From a virus, in IMG/VR virus record IMGVR_UViG_3300045988_102840, positions 1-61,582 of that record: a stretch of DNA of 61,582 bases; one strand, given 5' to 3'. Below are positions 50,887-60,171 of the stretch, piece by piece. Each line of letters begins with the position of its first letter. The first letter of the stretch is position 1. The notes under the pieces were generated by a model, which searched no databases, was not told where the DNA came from, and was given only the letters and a program-made list of their open reading frames with translations. A program made the translations under genes and the position numbers.

Positions 50887-50920
50887 AAGGCGGGAGTTAT
50901 CCCGCCTTTGTTCTGTTTTT
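50887..50920. terminator. intrinsic terminator AAGGCGGG-agttat-CCCGCCTT plus T-rich tail
   Basis: 8-bp GC-rich stem at 50887-50894/50901-50908. It sits between convergent genes. Confidence 0.6.
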
Positions 50921-50988
50921 AATATTTTTCAATTTAAAGGCAGAAAAATTACGGGGGTTATACAAAAAACAGTGTTCTTTTTTTAATA

Positions 50989-51171
50989 TCAGAACCAAAC
51001 ATATTCAATCAGTTTCCCGTTGAACATTTCGCCTCTTGGGCAAAAATTGAAAACCCCGTCTTTCTCATAAAGGATATATACTTTCCCCTCCATCTTTGCG
51101 GCTTTTCTTGCAAGCGAACGCATCTTAGCTATATCTGCCATTCTCTTTTTGTTTTCACACGCACATCCCAT
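50989..51171 (-). CDS. hypothetical protein (60 aa)
   Basis: ORF track. It is the last gene of the head-tail joining block before the insertion. Confidence 0.45.
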   Translation of the reverse strand: MGCACENKKRMADIAKMRSLARKAAKMEGKVYILYEKDGVFNFCPRGEMFNGKLIEYVWF

Positions 51172-51701
51172 TATAAACCGAATTTTCTAAAATAATCCGC
51201 AATGCCTTGCTTTATATGCCTTTCCATGAATGCCTTTCTCGCATAAGAACCGACCTTGTAAATCGCCTGTCCGTATTTCTTTTCTATATCACCGCTAAAG
51301 CTTATCCCCACACTTTCAATCCTTAGCCCCTTATCTATCGGTACGGCTGTAATAGAATCGTGAAATTCACCCGTAATTATCAGGTTTGGCGTCCCTTTTG
51401 AACTTACAGGAGCGTTTATCAGCGAAGAATACATAAGCGGGGCTACCCTTTGCTTGAAAGCAGCATAGCCTTTGGCGTTCTTATACCAATACCCCGCTTC
51501 TTTGGTATTGAAATACGGGTCATTAAAGTAAGTAGGGCGTAACGGTTTGTCATTTCCGTTAATACCTGACCATAGTTGTTCTACAATATATTGGGAAACT
51601 TCTTCTCTGTTTTTTACCATAATATCCCGTATCATCGGTTCAAATCCGGTAGCAAACCGTCTGAAATTTTCTTCTGCTTCAATAATGTTAGCCATAGTCA
51701 A
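51171..51701 (-). CDS. virion morphogenesis / tail-completion-like protein (HK97 gp10-like, tentative)
   Basis: 176 aa. ..PNLIITGEFHDSITAVPI.. resembles the TGxLxxSI motif of gp10-type proteins (from memory). Confidence 0.4.
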   Translation of the reverse strand: MTMANIIEAEENFRRFATGFEPMIRDIMVKNREEVSQYIVEQLWSGINGNDKPLRPTYFNDPYFNTKEAGYWYKNAKGYAAFKQRVAPLMYSSLINAPVSSKGTPNLIITGEFHDSITAVPIDKGLRIESVGISFSGDIEKKYGQAIYKVGSYARKAFMERHIKQGIADYFRKFGL

Positions 51702-51747
51702 GACAATTTAGGGGCGAATGAACGCCCCCAATTAAACGATACCACCA

Positions 51748-51948
51748 TCATAATATACAATCATCTTTTTTCTGTCTTGCCGCACCGGAAGATGCTATAT
51801 CATCGTAGATGGACGAAAGGGTTTTCTCCCTTTCTTCGGGCGGGCGGTCAAGAAAAAACACATTCTTATGTGTGTTTATGAAGTCCCTCTTCTTCATATT
51901 TCTCACCCTCTCTTCATTGAATGTTACACCTTCTACTATCATGTCCAA
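51748..51948 (-). CDS. hypothetical protein (66 aa)
   Basis: ORF track. Confidence 0.45.
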   Translation of the reverse strand: MDMIVEGVTFNEERVRNMKKRDFINTHKNVFFLDRPPEEREKTLSSIYDDIASSGAARQKKDDCIL

Positions 51949-52775
51949 GCCTCAATACCTGTAATTCCGGCTTCTTGCAATACAGAGGGAGATGCAAGGG
52001 TAACGGGGTCCTCGCCAACGGTAGTAATGACCCCGTTAGCATAAGAAGCACTTGTCGCCCCGTCCAACGCTTTTTCTGCATTCTTTGCCAGTAATTCACC
52101 GTAATACTCCGTAATATCCAAATTTCCGAAGTGCTCAATCAATTTATACTTGTTTGGTTCCGTTGATACCAAATCGACATAAACCAACCCTTTCAATGCG
52201 TCAACGACATCAAAATCATAAGCTCTCACATCCGCATTCTTGATATATTTCTCGTAATCCTTGAACATGGTTGCGATAGTCAAGTTGGCTTCTGTGCCAG
52301 AAGAATCCCAGTCCTGACCGCCCGGATAAACGCCGGACAGTGGAATGCCCGCCAAATCTTTCGTACCGTCATTCATTCCGTAAATGACGTTGTTCTCATC
52401 TACAAAATAAGCATCAAATGCCACATTCTTTGCCACCATGATGTTTGCTTTCAAGCTGGCATCGTAGTCCTGCAAAGTCCATACATCATTTTTAGCTGAA
52501 TAGCTTGTGATTTTAGTAGGGCCGTATCCCGTAGCAGAAGTTTGAGCCTCTCCACCGGAAGGTGCATATTCCACAATCGTTTTGATAGGGAATATTCTTC
52601 CCGGACGGTCTGCATGGCAAGCCTTTTCAAAGGCTTCCGCTGTTTTCTCTGTAGGTATCTTATGACCGTGAATAGTCAGTATGATAGCTTTTATTTTACC
52701 GGGGTCAAGCACACACACGGAACTACCTGTATTAAAAGTTGCAACGCCCGGACACTTTCTATAATCTGTTGCCAT
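51939..52775 (-). CDS. putative major tail (tube) protein (278 aa)
   Basis: Assigned only by position and size within the head-to-tail module and by its beta-rich composition. Confidence 0.4.
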   Translation of the reverse strand: MATDYRKCPGVATFNTGSSVCVLDPGKIKAIILTIHGHKIPTEKTAEAFEKACHADRPGRIFPIKTIVEYAPSGGEAQTSATGYGPTKITSYSAKNDVWTLQDYDASLKANIMVAKNVAFDAYFVDENNVIYGMNDGTKDLAGIPLSGVYPGGQDWDSSGTEANLTIATMFKDYEKYIKNADVRAYDFDVVDALKGLVYVDLVSTEPNKYKLIEHFGNLDITEYYGELLAKNAEKALDGATSASYANGVITTVGEDPVTLASPSVLQEAGITGIEAWT

Positions 52776-53280
52776 AACATTTTACTTCTTTAATGGTTAA
52801 ATTTACATTTTTCATCTCGATAGCATCAATAAAATCACTGAATGGCTTCCCGTCTTCTCCTATAACTCCAACCCTTCCATATCTGTAGTTTTCAATGTAG
52901 GAATGTGGAACCACATCATTGTAACTACGGACAATGTTTATGTCTTTCTTGATTTCATCCAAGAAAAGATTGTATATAGGTCGCAATACCTGCTCAAAGG
53001 AAGTCTTTTGCCGGTCTTCATTCGAATACCCTTTCAAAGTGTTTACCATAATAATAAACTCCAGGCTAACCTCTGTCTCGGCAGAACTTCTATCTTCCGT
53101 GAACGGAGAATAAAGACATATTATAGGAAACTTCAATTTACTTGTCTTGGGGCTTTTACCCCATAAAGTTAATTGATTGCTTATGTAGGCCCAGTCTCCG
53201 AATAAAAACGACACATTGCTTCCGTATCTTTTCGATACCTTTTTTACAATGTCCGCAAATATATCATTTACCGGCTTCAT
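52759..53280 (-). CDS. head-tail joining / neck protein candidate (173 aa)
   Basis: Assigned by position. Confidence 0.4.
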   Translation of the reverse strand: MKPVNDIFADIVKKVSKRYGSNVSFLFGDWAYISNQLTLWGKSPKTSKLKFPIICLYSPFTEDRSSAETEVSLEFIIMVNTLKGYSNEDRQKTSFEQVLRPIYNLFLDEIKKDINIVRSYNDVVPHSYIENYRYGRVGVIGEDGKPFSDFIDAIEMKNVNLTIKEVKCYGNRL

Positions 53281-53771
53281 ATTCCCATACAGTTTATTTT
53301 ACGCAACATACATGGATTGAAACATACACCAGCATATTCCTTTCCTTGCAAAAGTTTATAAACACGCTTGTTCATATTTACCATATCATTCCATGCCCTA
53401 ATTTGCAAAACTTGTGGAGAAACAGCATCTCCATCGGCAGAAGTTACTGTTCCAACATTTGTTACGCTGTAATTACCGTCCGCTATATACTTGAAAAATA
53501 TATAGCAAGCAATAGGGCTGTATTTTTCTGATAAAATAGCAAGCAGCCTATCCCATTTATCATCAACGCTATCTTCTTTTGAGTTAAGATAATCGGTAAA
53601 AGCCTTACACATATCCTCACCAAGTATACGAATCAAATATTCCTGTTCATATACGGAAATATATGATTCTATTTTGCCCAACTCCGCATCTCTTGTTATA
53701 GAGGGAGCGCCAGTGTCAGGATTTATCCCGACACTCAGCAACCCGGTGAAAGATTCGTAGTCAATTATCAT
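53277..53771 (-). CDS. head-tail connector candidate (164 aa)
   Basis: Assigned by position, two genes after the capsid gene. Confidence 0.4.
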   Translation of the reverse strand: MIIDYESFTGLLSVGINPDTGAPSITRDAELGKIESYISVYEQEYLIRILGEDMCKAFTDYLNSKEDSVDDKWDRLLAILSEKYSPIACYIFFKYIADGNYSVTNVGTVTSADGDAVSPQVLQIRAWNDMVNMNKRVYKLLQGKEYAGVCFNPCMLRKINCMGI

Positions 53772-53998
53772 ACCGTATCTTTTTTCGCAGATTTACGTTT
53801 AGTGAACAACTCCTCGCAACCCAACGCTCTGGCATCATTAATCAGTTCGTTTGTCGCTTCAATTTTACCCTCGGCATAAAACTTGCTCGCAAGAGCCATT
53901 CCGACTGAAACTTCATCGCCTGTTTTATACTTCACACCATCCTTGACAAATGTTACGTTATAACGCTTAGTCAGGTTTATTCTATATTCTTTTCCCAT
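53768..53998 (-). CDS. hypothetical protein (76 aa)
   Basis: ORF track. It lies directly after the capsid gene. Confidence 0.5.
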   Translation of the reverse strand: MGKEYRINLTKRYNVTFVKDGVKYKTGDEVSVGMALASKFYAEGKIEATNELINDARALGCEELFTKRKSAKKDTV

Positions 53999-54009
53999 AA
54001 TTATTCTCC

Positions 54010-55347
54010 TTATGCTTCTTGAGTGATACCTTCTATTACAGTAGAGAATGTGTCCTTTACAAATGCGGTCTTATATTGCGACTTGATATAACACATCAGC
54101 CTCTTCTCTGCGATTACAGTCACGATATTCTTGCGGAAATCGTCATTCTCCCATCCTAAGGTAATAGACAATTCCCACAAGTCACGAATGTTCAAGTATG
54201 AGAAATCACCCATGATGAAATCTCCTTGTTTCACTGCTGTAGTAGTTTCTACACGCAATCCCTGAATCAATTCATCTCCATATCGGAATGGGCGGAGATA
54301 TTGACCGTTAGCATCCTTAGCCAACTGCATGGACGCGTAATCCAATGGGTTCATCAGTACAAGGTTCGGACGATAAGCCATTTCGCTGGTGGATACAATT
54401 TGCGAATATCCAGCCACAAGAGCATCAAACATATTTGGCTTCTCAACATAGAAAGTAGAGAGAGAGAATGCCGGCATATCCGATGCAACGCCTTTTATTT
54501 CTCCACTAGAGCCATTGCCTGACAAAATTCCCTGCTCTTCTTTGATTCCAAGTTTATTTACCATTTCCGTTTCAACTTCATTGACGAAGCTGGGAAAATC
54601 CGACAGCGTTTCCTCTGTAAATTTAGCAGCAATAGCCACTTTGGCAGCGGTTATTGTTTTTTCTGTCAATGTCGCATCCATCAAAGGCTTTAGCCCACCT
54701 TCAGGAACCCATGCAGCATCTCCGTCCTTGCTTGTATATTCCGCATAAACCAAAGCCCTATTATTTGTGCTTGATACATTTGCATATTTTCTAATGACGG
54801 TTTGCGCTCTCGGATTGACTGATAAATTTGGGTCAACCTCAAGTCCGTAATGCGGAGCAAGGGACCCGGAAGTAATAGTTGCAGCGTCTTTCTTTTCCAG
54901 CACAAGATTTAATCCCAACTTATTGCCGGGAGCCGACTGACAAGCCGATTTCAAATCAAGAGACATAACGCCCTTCTTGTCCGCAGCAATATACTCCTTG
55001 AGCTGTTCGTGTAGCTGCTCATAAACAGATTTAATCTTTACCTCCCCGTTTTTACCTACTTCGGTAGAAGCCTTTACACGTAAAATGGCATTCTCCAATT
55101 CATTAACCTTCTCCTCAAAAGTCTTTTTGTCAATGCCGGCAAAATCCTTTTCCTTGATGTCATTTATGGAATCAGCGGCATCCTTTATGGATTTACGCAA
55201 ATCTTCCAATTTCACTTCATCCGCAAGATAACCTTTCACTTGTTTTTCAAAGGCTTCTCCCATTTTTTCGTCCAAAGATTCAAAAAACTTCTTGTTTTCT
55301 TCGGACAAGCCGGATGTGTCCATAAGTTCTAAAAATCCTAATTTCAT
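54010..55347 (-). CDS. major capsid protein, HK97-like
   Basis: 445 aa with an N-terminal coiled-coil delta-domain-like region. It follows the prohead protease. Confidence 0.75.
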   Translation of the reverse strand: MKLGFLELMDTSGLSEENKKFFESLDEKMGEAFEKQVKGYLADEVKLEDLRKSIKDAADSINDIKEKDFAGIDKKTFEEKVNELENAILRVKASTEVGKNGEVKIKSVYEQLHEQLKEYIAADKKGVMSLDLKSACQSAPGNKLGLNLVLEKKDAATITSGSLAPHYGLEVDPNLSVNPRAQTVIRKYANVSSTNNRALVYAEYTSKDGDAAWVPEGGLKPLMDATLTEKTITAAKVAIAAKFTEETLSDFPSFVNEVETEMVNKLGIKEEQGILSGNGSSGEIKGVASDMPAFSLSTFYVEKPNMFDALVAGYSQIVSTSEMAYRPNLVLMNPLDYASMQLAKDANGQYLRPFRYGDELIQGLRVETTTAVKQGDFIMGDFSYLNIRDLWELSITLGWENDDFRKNIVTVIAEKRLMCYIKSQYKTAFVKDTFSTVIEGITQEA

Positions 55348-56102
55348 ACCGATTTTAGTTTTAATAAATTACATAATGATTTTTCTTCCGTTTTGCCATT
55401 ACTGCCGGCTTCCATCCCTTTGGGTGGAGCAGGTATAACACCGTCCGGCCTAAAAGATGCAAGTGACATTGCTTTGGCTATAATTTTTTGCAAACGCTGT
55501 TGCTTGGTTGTACTCATATTTTTACATAACAAGGAAATTTCACCGCTTAAATCCTTATAAGCGTTTTCGTAGTCTTCAATTGACTTCAATCCCAAATACT
55601 CGGTTTCTCCATTACAGCCAATTGATACCACCGATATTTCATACAGCTTAACCTCTCTAACAATCAGGGCTTCTTTTTCGTAATCCCATTCGCAATTCTC
55701 CCATACATACTCATAACCAATAGAGAATTGATTAAGCGTGCCTGACTCAAGTTGTTTTATGGCCCTATCTCCAAGTTCAATCTCATCAATGCGCGCCTCA
55801 AAATAAAGCCCTCTATCATCTTCTTTCAATTCTGTAATAAATCCCAAAGGCTCTGACATGTCGTGCATCCAAAGGAGTATAATTTTGTCATTTGCCTGGC
55901 TTTGCGGCCCTCTTTCATTGATACTTTTTGAAAAGCAACCTTTCAATAGAATATCATGAGCCTTATCCATGTTTCCGAATACAGCAGCGTATCCGCTGAT
56001 AGTCCGGCTTTCGGGGCTATATTGGACATCCTTTGAGTTTATGGAGAACAATTTATACTGCATCCCCATCTTATCTTTGTATTTATTTGTCATTGTTTCC
56101 AT
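55344..56102 (-). CDS. prohead protease, HK97 family
   Basis: ISGYAAVFGNMDKAHDILLKGCFSKSI...ILLWMHD. The start is ambiguous (Met30 at 56102 or Met41 at 56069 of ORF 55344..56189). Confidence 0.8.
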   Translation of the reverse strand: METMTNKYKDKMGMQYKLFSINSKDVQYSPESRTISGYAAVFGNMDKAHDILLKGCFSKSINERGPQSQANDKIILLWMHDMSEPLGFITELKEDDRGLYFEARIDEIELGDRAIKQLESGTLNQFSIGYEYVWENCEWDYEKEALIVREVKLYEISVVSIGCNGETEYLGLKSIEDYENAYKDLSGEISLLCKNMSTTKQQRLQKIIAKAMSLASFRPDGVIPAPPKGMEAGSNGKTEEKSLCNLLKLKSV

Positions 56103-57453
56103 TTTCCTTACTGTTATTGACGTTATTTTCAACAGATGCACTGCTTGCTGCGCTGCTATCAAAATCTCCTTTTGGATTATCTGGATCAATATCTATGTAT
56201 CTTGCAACTTCTATACGTGCCTCATCATGTGTTATCAAAGACTTATCTATCAATCTCTGTAAGGCATCAGCAACTTTAACCAATGTATTGGCTTCTGTCT
56301 CCTTGTTGGTTTGAAGGCATTCAACATCTGTAAAATCAATCTTAATAAAAACACCTTCCGGACATATAGCTTTTGAAAGACATTCTGCTATCTTTCGGCT
56401 ATCGGGAATGATTACGTCCTGATAAGCCTTTTTCCCGGCACTTTCAAGGTTGTCGTATTTGGCGTCCGTAAAAAGATTGGCATTTATGCCCATTGCATTG
56501 GCAATCTTATCTGTACACCTCTTATCCTCTTCATGAAGTTTTAATTCATCAGCATTAAAATCAAGAGGAAGCCATCCTAATTTGTAACGTGTCACCAAAA
56601 TGGGATATTCCTTGTTTACTAAGCCATAATCACGTTTAAATCTGTCCTTTATATCCTTTTCATCTTCCGAGGAAAGGGCAACATTTCCCATCTGGTCAGT
56701 ATAATCATTATAGAGCACGCCTTTAGGACCACCATTTACAAGCAATGTATGGCTTGCAGACATAGAAGCTACCCAGTTTGATATAGGCTGGGAAAGGCTA
56801 TCTGAAACGGACTCAAATTTGACATCAGCAGTCGCACCGCTATTTATTACTATATTGCTGTCATATATTACAAGATATTCATAGTCCTCCAACTCTAATC
56901 GAGTTCCGTTACAGTCTATATATACACTTGATATAATATTTTTCAGTTCGTATTGGCGAAACACCTTACCGGTTCCTTCCATATGGAAAATCTCAGGTGG
57001 AATTATCCACATTGCCTTAGGAGTGCTTGTTTTTGTCGCTCTAACAAGAACAATCGGACAATAGCCGAATACCTTAAGACATATTTCAATTTGCTTTACA
57101 AATGAAGAGAATGTTTGCAGCGGATTGGGAGCGTTGAGTATATTACGTATATCGGCAAATGTCCTTTTTTCATTTCCATCCTTATCTACCACATAAGGAA
57201 TACCACGGGACATCATAGAACCGATTTTATCAACTACAGTGAAGAAAGGCGTACAGGAAACAAGCGCTCCGGCTTTATCCAAATTGTTAGTCATGTCATA
57301 ATATACTTTCCATTTGGAACACCTTCCGAACAAATCGGACAAAAACCAGTAGTTTCCTGCTGCATCTCTTTCTACCCGATTTACATTATCATACATCGGG
57401 ATAGACTTTTTATTTTCTGGCTTCCAAAATTTAGTAAATATGCCCATATACAA
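56083..57453 (-). CDS. portal protein
   Basis: 456 aa, lying between the large terminase and the protease. Confidence 0.7.
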   Translation of the reverse strand: MYMGIFTKFWKPENKKSIPMYDNVNRVERDAAGNYWFLSDLFGRCSKWKVYYDMTNNLDKAGALVSCTPFFTVVDKIGSMMSRGIPYVVDKDGNEKRTFADIRNILNAPNPLQTFSSFVKQIEICLKVFGYCPIVLVRATKTSTPKAMWIIPPEIFHMEGTGKVFRQYELKNIISSVYIDCNGTRLELEDYEYLVIYDSNIVINSGATADVKFESVSDSLSQPISNWVASMSASHTLLVNGGPKGVLYNDYTDQMGNVALSSEDEKDIKDRFKRDYGLVNKEYPILVTRYKLGWLPLDFNADELKLHEEDKRCTDKIANAMGINANLFTDAKYDNLESAGKKAYQDVIIPDSRKIAECLSKAICPEGVFIKIDFTDVECLQTNKETEANTLVKVADALQRLIDKSLITHDEARIEVARYIDIDPDNPKGDFDSSAASSASVENNVNNSKENGNNDK

Positions 57454-57523
57454 AGCAGGAGCGACAGCAAATTAATGCGGCCACTCCCATATATTTAGTG
57501 TTTTAGTCCATTAATACGGTTGC

Positions 57524-57594
57524 GTGCAACTTCACACGCTTGTAGTGACCCTACGTGTGCAAATATATATATTATTTAGACTAATTCCAAATAA
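57524..57594 (-). promoter_or_regulatory. late promoter copy 1 (minus strand), upstream of the portal gene
   Basis: On the + strand, CAAATATA is at 57560-57567 and CAAA at 57588-57591, with a 20-nt spacer. The GTGTGAAGTTGCACG box is shared with copy 3. Confidence 0.55.
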
Positions 57595-57612
57595 CTAATA
57601 GCATTTTTATGA

Positions 57613-59493
57613 TTATTTTTTTGATTTTCTTTTTACTCTATCCGCTATACAACACAATACATACATTGCTTCATAGACATCTTTGCCGTCATAGTCCATT
57701 AGATTACGCATAAATAAGGACATTTTATTATCTCTCTTGAATTTAAAATCTCGAATTAGCCCCTTAAATGCTTCAATATAAGAAAGTTTCCCTGTATTTT
57801 CTTGCCTTGCCCACACATCACCTATTTCAGCCCTATAATCGCGTATATAATGAAGCATCGCCTGCGAAGTCTCAATGTTTACATCGGCACCAGCGACCAG
57901 CGCGGCGATTTCTTTGATGGGAATCAATTCTCCTATATACGCATCGTCCACATATATTGTATCATGTACAACATACGCTTTCGCATACAGAAAACGCCCA
58001 TTAAGCAGTGGATGTATTTCTACAATTGGAATGCCGGAAAATGCGACTGTCGCAGCCTCATAGCTGTCATATTCAAAATCTCCGCGTTTTTCTACGGTTC
58101 CGGTAAGAGCATCTGCCCCATCATCATGTGCGTTTTTCCCGAACTTCCTAAAAGATTTTATCTCTGCATAAAACTCAGGAAAGAGCACTTCCCAACCTTC
58201 TGGCATATATGTAAGATTCATAACCTCAGCGGAGTGGGTAAATATTCGAACTTCCTTATTTCCCGACTGATGAAACCATTTTATTTCTGTTTCATTATTG
58301 CCCATTATGCGTGATTGCCGCTCTACGTTTCGGGCAAAACCACGTCCACCGTTATTGCTTTCGATATTAGCCACGGTTATTCCGTCCTTAGCAAGCATGG
58401 TTGCAACTTTCGGCTCCGTAACCTCCATAGGAGCGTCCGTATATAGTATGCTTAAAACAAAGTTGCCTATTTCTGTATCCACATAATCTATGGAACATAA
58501 TCTGTCACTGCCCGTATCTGCGGTATCGGTATAATTTTTCCGAATGGCACGGTTGGTATATGGTATTTCCCTATAAGTCTTGAATGTACCGTACATAAGA
58601 CCTTCTATAGGTGTAGGGTTCTGCATATATTGTGTTTCAAAGACGAATGGATTTATTCTATTAAGATTATGCAATTCATCCAATGTGTGTTTAAATTCCC
58701 ACAAAGGAAATTCTTTCCCGTCCGCTTCTTTTTCTATGACCGGCAATGAAAGAACAGTCCATTGCCCTGGCTCTGTTTTCATAAGATAGCCGCACAAATC
58801 ATTCTCATGCAGGCGCTGCATGATTATTACAATCGGGGTATTTCGGCTGTTCACTCGGTTACGGATAGTAGTTTCAAAGCGTTGGTTAACCTTTTCCCTT
58901 TTCACGTCAGACAAAGCATCCTCCGGCTTAATAGGGTCGTCTATGACAATGGCGCCGGAAAACCTTGCCCCCTTTAATATGCTATCTATTTCTTTTTCTG
59001 TTTCTTTATCATCTATATCGTCCACCTCTCCAGCGCCAAATCCCGTTATCTGTCCACCTGTTGACACCGCATATACACCACCGCCAGCAGTGGTACTCCA
59101 CTTCTTTTTGCTGTCTGTTCCTCTCTTTATCTGGACATACGGGAACAGCTGTTGATACTCTTCTGATTTAACTATGTCTCTAATCTCTTCTGAATTATCG
59201 TGAGCCAAATCGTCAGAATATGAGAGATGGACAAACTTTGAGGAAGGGTTGAGTGCCAATCCGTATGATATAAAGTTCTTTACGGCTAATTCGGTCTTTC
59301 CATATCGTGGTGCAATATTGATTATCAGTTTTTGAATTTTTCCGGAAATAACATCATCCAACGCATTACATATGCGTTCATGGTGTCTGCTCACCACAAA
59401 TTTGCGCCCTGTTTTACTTTTAAAGAAAAATTTTGTGTAATTGAGAACGCCCGACATACAAAATGCTTGTAGATACCGTACACCGTCCATCAT
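57613..59493 (-). CDS. terL: terminase large subunit
   Basis: 626 aa. Walker-A-like APRYGKTE, ..VIDDPIKPEDA.., ..IIMQRLHENDL... It overlaps the terS stop. Confidence 0.8.
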   Translation of the reverse strand: MMDGVRYLQAFCMSGVLNYTKFFFKSKTGRKFVVSRHHERICNALDDVISGKIQKLIINIAPRYGKTELAVKNFISYGLALNPSSKFVHLSYSDDLAHDNSEEIRDIVKSEEYQQLFPYVQIKRGTDSKKKWSTTAGGGVYAVSTGGQITGFGAGEVDDIDDKETEKEIDSILKGARFSGAIVIDDPIKPEDALSDVKREKVNQRFETTIRNRVNSRNTPIVIIMQRLHENDLCGYLMKTEPGQWTVLSLPVIEKEADGKEFPLWEFKHTLDELHNLNRINPFVFETQYMQNPTPIEGLMYGTFKTYREIPYTNRAIRKNYTDTADTGSDRLCSIDYVDTEIGNFVLSILYTDAPMEVTEPKVATMLAKDGITVANIESNNGGRGFARNVERQSRIMGNNETEIKWFHQSGNKEVRIFTHSAEVMNLTYMPEGWEVLFPEFYAEIKSFRKFGKNAHDDGADALTGTVEKRGDFEYDSYEAATVAFSGIPIVEIHPLLNGRFLYAKAYVVHDTIYVDDAYIGELIPIKEIAALVAGADVNIETSQAMLHYIRDYRAEIGDVWARQENTGKLSYIEAFKGLIRDFKFKRDNKMSLFMRNLMDYDGKDVYEAMYVLCCIADRVKRKSKK

Positions 59494-60038
59494 AGCCTTT
59501 CTATCAGTTTCTTTGCATCCTCGACACTTATGGGTTTGCTGGTATTCATCTCTATTTCGGTAGGCTCATCAAACCCAAGCATTTTACATATACGCTCAAT
59601 AGCCTTTATCTTATCATAAAGTTCTATCTTCACATATTTAACATCTACAATTTCCGGAGCATCACTTGTTCCGATATTTTTTTTCAATATTTTGGTGGAT
59701 ATGCTTTTTATTGCCGATTTCTCTTTGTCAGAGAGTTCATCAAATTCTTTACGCTCTATCCATGTATTGTGCATGCTGGCAATGGATGAGAAAGCTATAC
59801 TGGACAATTCTTGTAGAATGCGTTCTTTAGTTATGTCTGATTTGTTTTTTTGTTCTTCCTGCAACTCTTTAACCCTTTGGGCTACATTTGGGTTAGACAA
59901 CAATTTGCAAGATTCTTCCCACACTTGTTTGTCTCTCATCTTCTCGCACGAATAGGCACGACGATAAGCATCGGAAGCATTGCCGCTTTCGATGTAGTAG
60001 TTGCAAAAATTCTCTTGTTTGATTGTAAGTTTTTTCAT
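59490..60038 (-). CDS. terS: terminase small subunit
   Basis: LTIKQENFCNYYIESGNASDAYRRAY fits the small-terminase N-terminal HTH pattern. Confidence 0.7.
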   Translation of the reverse strand: MKKLTIKQENFCNYYIESGNASDAYRRAYSCEKMRDKQVWEESCKLLSNPNVAQRVKELQEEQKNKSDITKERILQELSSIAFSSIASMHNTWIERKEFDELSDKEKSAIKSISTKILKKNIGTSDAPEIVDVKYVKIELYDKIKAIERICKMLGFDEPTEIEMNTSKPISVEDAKKLIERL

Positions 60039-60082
60039 GTCTTTTCGTCAGTATGGGAAGCATGCCACTTGACATGCTTTCG

Positions 60083-60090
60083 CAAAGATA
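60083..60090 (-). promoter_or_regulatory. -7 box TAtcTTTG (minus strand) upstream of terS
   Basis: On the + strand this reads CAAAGATA. An AGCATG/CATGCT hairpin lies in the predicted 5' UTR (60056-60075). Confidence 0.45.
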
Positions 60091-60171
60091 TGTAATTATT
60101 TGGAATATCATACCTATCTATCCGAAATAACTGGTATAATTATCGAAAATATTTATCTCCCCACTTCCTTA

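Noticed and set aside
41394-57594. The heptamer TGTGAAG is shared by the early hairpin loops and the late-promoter transcribed box
   Set aside because: A 7-mer is expected several times by chance in 2 x 61 kb. Only the 13-nt loop identity and the 60-nt promoter homology are significant on their own.
57802-58314. 170-aa + strand ORF inside the large terminase gene
   Set aside because: It is antisense to a gene with clear terminase motifs.
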